From an uncultured Anaerococcus sp. (GTDB lineage Bacteria; Bacillota; Clostridia; Tissierellales; Peptoniphilaceae), in the NCBI GenBank assembly GCA_963511095.1, contig CAUPHU010000001.1:1-40938 (forward strand): DNA of 40,938 nt. Reading direction: 5' to 3'. This document shows, one piece after another, positions 37,778-40,938 of this stretch (position 1 is its first letter; each line of letters opens with the position of its first letter). A program made the translations under genes and the position numbers. The notes below the pieces were generated by a model, which saw nothing but the letters and a program-made list of their open reading frames with translations, was not told the origin of the DNA and did no database searches.

Positions 37778-37802
37778 TATACCCAATCTCCCCCCTCAAA
37801 CA
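37778..37802 (-). promoter_or_regulatory. Candidate SigB-type promoter
   Basis: Minus strand TGTTT-N13-GGGTATA ~30 nt upstream of paralog B ATG. Confidence 0.5.
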
Positions 37803-37825
37803 AAAAAAGAAGGCCCTTGCCTTCT
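37802..37825 (-). terminator. Terminator after lon-engB-membrane protein operon
   Basis: AGAAGGC/GCCTTCT stem followed by T7 on the minus strand. Confidence 0.65.
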
Positions 37826-37865
37826 CTTGTAAAAATTATTTTATATAATTGTTCTCTTCTTTATA

Positions 37866-37898
37866 AGATTTCTCCTCGCTTCGCTCGTCGAAATGGCG
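37866..37898 (-). repeat. Solitary CGTC-type REP-like unit
   Basis: GC-rich CGCCATTTCGACGAGCGAAGCGAGGAGAAATCT in AT-rich DNA; resembles (C/T)GTCATTTCGAGCGAAGCGAGAAATCT palindromic repeats. Confidence 0.5.
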
Positions 37899-37914
37899 GG
37901 GTGATAATATTTTC

Positions 37915-38229
37915 TTATTTATATTTTCCTTTAATCCTCGCCCTATCCAAGCATAGGCTTACTAGGACCATAAGGGCAAATTCTTTTAAGTTTGGTAGCC
38001 TTCTATTTGTAAATCCAGCTATTAATAGGCTATAAGTAACAAATATAAAAAGACATTCAAGAATTTCATAAATTATTATCTTATTTCTAAAAGATTCACA
38101 TCTTCTAATTTTAACCAAGGCCTTGTCATAGGTCTTGGAAATTAAAAAGGAAATTATTACAACAGCCAAGAGGTTAAAAATTAGTATATGATTATCAAAA
38201 AAATCTCTAATTTGATATAAAAATCCCAT
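37915..38229 (-). CDS. Hypothetical 3-TM membrane protein
   Basis: GAGGG RBS directly after engB stop; three hydrophobic segments. Confidence 0.6.
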   Translation of the reverse strand: MGFLYQIRDFFDNHILIFNLLAVVIISFLISKTYDKALVKIRRCESFRNKIIIYEILECLFIFVTYSLLIAGFTNRRLPNLKEFALMVLVSLCLDRARIKGKYK

Positions 38230-38240
38230 TTTTCCCTCTC

Positions 38241-38828
38241 TTATGCATTTATAATAACTTCCACCTGCTCTTCAAGGACGTCCTTGTTGTGTTTGGTCTC
38301 TGAAGAGTAGGCGAAGATTAGACCTTCGTCTTCTATTTCAAGTTTCTTTTTAATTTGATTGATGTGTTTTTGGATTTGGCCTTTTTTGATTTTGTCATAC
38401 TTTGTTGCAATTACAAAACCCATGTATCCCGAGTCTATTATCCACTCATACATCTGCTTATCTAGGGCTGTTGGCTCGTGGCGTATGTCTACTATAAGAA
38501 ATACTTCCTTGAGATTTTCCCTGTCGTGGAGGTATTCGTTTATAAGCTTATCCCACTTGGCTTTTTCTGCCTTTGATACCTTTGCAAAACCGTAACCAGG
38601 CAGGTCTACAAGCCTAAAGGAGTCATTGACCCTATAGAAATTGATAGTCCTGGTTTTTCCTGGTTTGGAGGACGTTTTAGCTAGTGCCTTCCTATTAGAA
38701 AATGAATTTATAAAGGAAGACTTACCTACATTAGACCTACCCACAAAGGCAATTTCTGCTAAAGAATCATTTGGCCATTGGGACTTAAATCCTGCGACTT
38801 GCTCGAGTTCTATTTTTTTGATTTTCAT
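38241..38828 (-). CDS. engB: Ribosome biogenesis GTPase YihA/YsxC
   Basis: GRSNVGKSS, PGKT, DLPGYG, TKYDK; follows lon. Confidence 0.96.
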   Translation of the reverse strand: MKIKKIELEQVAGFKSQWPNDSLAEIAFVGRSNVGKSSFINSFSNRKALAKTSSKPGKTRTINFYRVNDSFRLVDLPGYGFAKVSKAEKAKWDKLINEYLHDRENLKEVFLIVDIRHEPTALDKQMYEWIIDSGYMGFVIATKYDKIKKGQIQKHINQIKKKLEIEDEGLIFAYSSETKHNKDVLEEQVEVIINA

Positions 38829-40938
38829 ATAAGGGCTCTTTCTATGACTTCTGAGACATTTGTCACAGGAATAAAGTTAATCTTATCTCTGATTTCCTTA
38901 TCAATATCTTCTGTATCACGCTCGTTATCTTTTGGGATTATCACATTTTTGATACCGTAGGCGTAGGCTGCAAGGGCCTTTTCCTTAAGGCCACCAATTG
39001 CAAGAACATCACCAGTAATTGTGACTTCTCCTGTCATAGCGAGATTATTTTTAACCTTCCTCCCTGTAAGGGCTGAAGTGATGGCTGTTGTCATTGTAAT
39101 ACCTGCAGAAGGACCATCTTTTGGAGTCGCTCCTTCTGGAACGTGGACGTGGATGTCCTTATCCTCGTAGAACTTACCCTTGATGCCAAGCTTATCTGCA
39201 TTTGATCTGATATATACAATGGCAGCTTGGCCAGATTCCTTCATGACATCACCAAGGGAACCTGTAAATTCTACATTACCCTTACCTTCCATAACATTTG
39301 CCTCAACTGTAAGCATAGTTCCGCCCACAGATGTCCAGGCAAGGCCGTTTACAACGCCAACCTTTTCTTCTTTTGAAATGTGGTCGTCGATAAATTTCTC
39401 ACGGCCCAGGTACTTAGCATAATTTTGCATGGTAACTCTTACGGTTTTCTTGCCTTCAAGAATTTCCTTGACAGAACGGCGGCAGACTTTTCCAATTAAT
39501 CTTTCAAGCTCCCTCACACCCGCTTCTCTGGTGTAGGACTTGATGATTTTTTCTATAACATTATCAGAAATTGAAAATTCTTCATCAGATAGGCCGGTAT
39601 TTTCCATTTGCTTTCTAACCAGGTATTTTTTTGCAATATTTAACTTCTCATTTGGAGTGTAGCCAGATAATTCAATCATTTCAAGCCTGTCAAATAGAGC
39701 TTCTGGAATTTGATTTATGTCATTTGCAGTTGTTAGGAAAAAGACATCTGACAAATCAAATGGTATATCCAGATATCTATCGATAAATTTATCATTTTGC
39801 TCAGGATCTAATACTTCAAGAAGAGCACTAGAAGGGTCTCCCCTAAAATCTGAACCTAATTTATCAATCTCATCTAAAAGGAAAACAGGATTTTTAACGC
39901 CAATTCGGTTAATATTTGTAATTACACGACCAGCCATAGCTCCCACATAAGTTCTCCTGTGGCCTCTGATTTCTGATTCGTCAGTCATGCCTCCTAGTCT
40001 CATCGAAACAAATTCACGATTTAAGGCACGGGCAACAGATTTTGCGATAGAAGTCTTACCCACTCCTGGAGGGCCGACTAGGCAAATTATAGATCCCTTT
40101 ACAGATTTATTTTTAATCTTGACTGCTATTGATTCAAGGATTCTTTCCTTGACATCTTCTAGGCCGTAGTGGTCTTCATCTAGGATTTCTGTCGCTTTTT
40201 TTATGTCAAGACTTTCCTTAGATTTTTTATTCCATGGAAGGTCGACTACAAAGTTTAAATAGGATGAAAGGACGCCGTAGTCGGGGCTCATCTCAGGTAT
40301 TAAGTCAAGCCTATCTAGGTCTTTTTCTAGGGACTTTCTTGATTCCTTATCAAGCTTAATCTTTTTTATCTTTCTTCTTAGTTCGTCAACTTCGTTTTCT
40401 GCCTGGCCAGTTGCTGAATTTAGCTCTTTTTTAAGGACATCCATCTTCTCCCTTAGGTAGTATTCCTTTTGGGATTGGTTGATATTTTCTGTAACCTCTT
40501 TTTCAATCTCAACTCCAAGATTTTTAAGTTCGATTTCCTTATTGATTATCCTGTGTACAAGCTCCATCCTTTCCTTGGCATCAAAATTAGCTAGGATTTC
40601 GTAATATTCCTTTGGTGCAAGGTCAAGGTGGTAGGTAATTAGATCAACTAATCTGTGATAATTTTCAAGCTCAGTCATGCCATAGGCAATTTCATCTGGC
40701 ATATCATCGCTTATTGAAGCAAATTCCCTAAAATCTTTGACCAAAAGCTTTCTTAGGGCTTCTAGTGTATCTGTTTTTTCTTCGTTTTCTTCTATATATT
40801 CGTATTTTTCAATCTCACATCTTAGGAAACCTTCTGCCACATGGAGTTTTTTAAGCCTGCCAAGACCTGTTGCTTGGACAAAGACTCTAATATCACCATT
40901 TGGCAGGGCAAAAGTTTCTTTGATTTCTGCTACTATAC
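38825..40938 (-). CDS. lon: ATP-dependent Lon protease (5' end beyond window)
   Basis: Walker [17 protein letters not shown], catalytic PKDGPSAG and IGGLKEK; frame stays open from 40840 to the window end ([18 protein letters not shown]...). Confidence 0.96.
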   Translation of the reverse strand, partial: IVAEIKETFALPNGDIRVFVQATGLGRLKKLHVAEGFLRCEIEKYEYIEENEEKTDTLEALRKLLVKDFREFASISDDMPDEIAYGMTELENYHRLVDLITYHLDLAPKEYYEILANFDAKERMELVHRIINKEIELKNLGVEIEKEVTENINQSQKEYYLREKMDVLKKELNSATGQAENEVDELRRKIKKIKLDKESRKSLEKDLDRLDLIPEMSPDYGVLSSYLNFVVDLPWNKKSKESLDIKKATEILDEDHYGLEDVKERILESIAVKIKNKSVKGSIICLVGPPGVGKTSIAKSVARALNREFVSMRLGGMTDESEIRGHRRTYVGAMAGRVITNINRIGVKNPVFLLDEIDKLGSDFRGDPSSALLEVLDPEQNDKFIDRYLDIPFDLSDVFFLTTANDINQIPEALFDRLEMIELSGYTPNEKLNIAKKYLVRKQMENTGLSDEEFSISDNVIEKIIKSYTREAGVRELERLIGKVCRRSVKEILEGKKTVRVTMQNYAKYLGREKFIDDHISKEEKVGVVNGLAWTSVGGTMLTVEANVMEGKGNVEFTGSLGDVMKESGQAAIVYIRSNADKLGIKGKFYEDKDIHVHVPEGATPKDGPSAGITMTTAITSALTGRKVKNNLAMTGEVTITGDVLAIGGLKEKALAAYAYGIKNVIIPKDNERDTEDIDKEIRDKINFIPVTNVSEVIERALI

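Noticed and set aside
37727..38035. 102-aa plus-strand ORF
   Set aside because: Spans a terminator, the REP-like unit and antisense parts of two genes.
556..40169. Many 60-154 aa ORFs overlapping larger genes (e.g. 14856-15221, 17011-17331, 18040-18504, 23415-23846, 24066-24470, 26410-26724, 39180-39422)
   Set aside because: Antisense or alternate-frame shadows of well-supported genes; no RBS or family motifs noticed.

Overview
A 41 kb chromosomal window from a low-GC anaerobic Firmicute; gene content and style suggest Anaerococcus/Peptoniphilaceae (inference). The left ~16.8 kb is an AT-rich carbohydrate-utilisation region. It holds a ChvE-type sugar-binding lipoprotein (partial), a ROK/XylR repressor, GH43 and GH5 glycosidases, a GPH-family permease and its divergent AraC regulator (both broken only by in-frame nonsense codons), and a regulator-less cluster of two tandem GH31 enzymes, a mannose-family PTS (IIB/C/D/A), a MalY/PatB C-S lyase and an NhaC-family transporter. 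The right ~24 kb looks like core genome: fruRKA (four-repeat FruR operator, apparently leaderless fruR), xpt, flavodoxin-DUF3793 behind a Fur-like box, an MMPL transporter with a heptad-repeat partner, ldh, cutC, a nicotinamidase-like hydrolase, superoxide reductase, mtnN, a 3-hydroxyisobutyryl-CoA hydrolase, a flavinylated lipoprotein reductase with urocanate-reductase (UrdA) residues, an ECF sigma/anti-sigma pair, small membrane proteins, engB and lon (partial). The clearest feature missing from the ORF track is a complete Fst/par-like type I toxin-antitoxin module at 21177-21457. The best candidate for an undescribed pathway is the GH31x2-PTS-lyase-NhaC cluster. No CRISPR array, tRNA/rRNA, integrase or transposase was seen.
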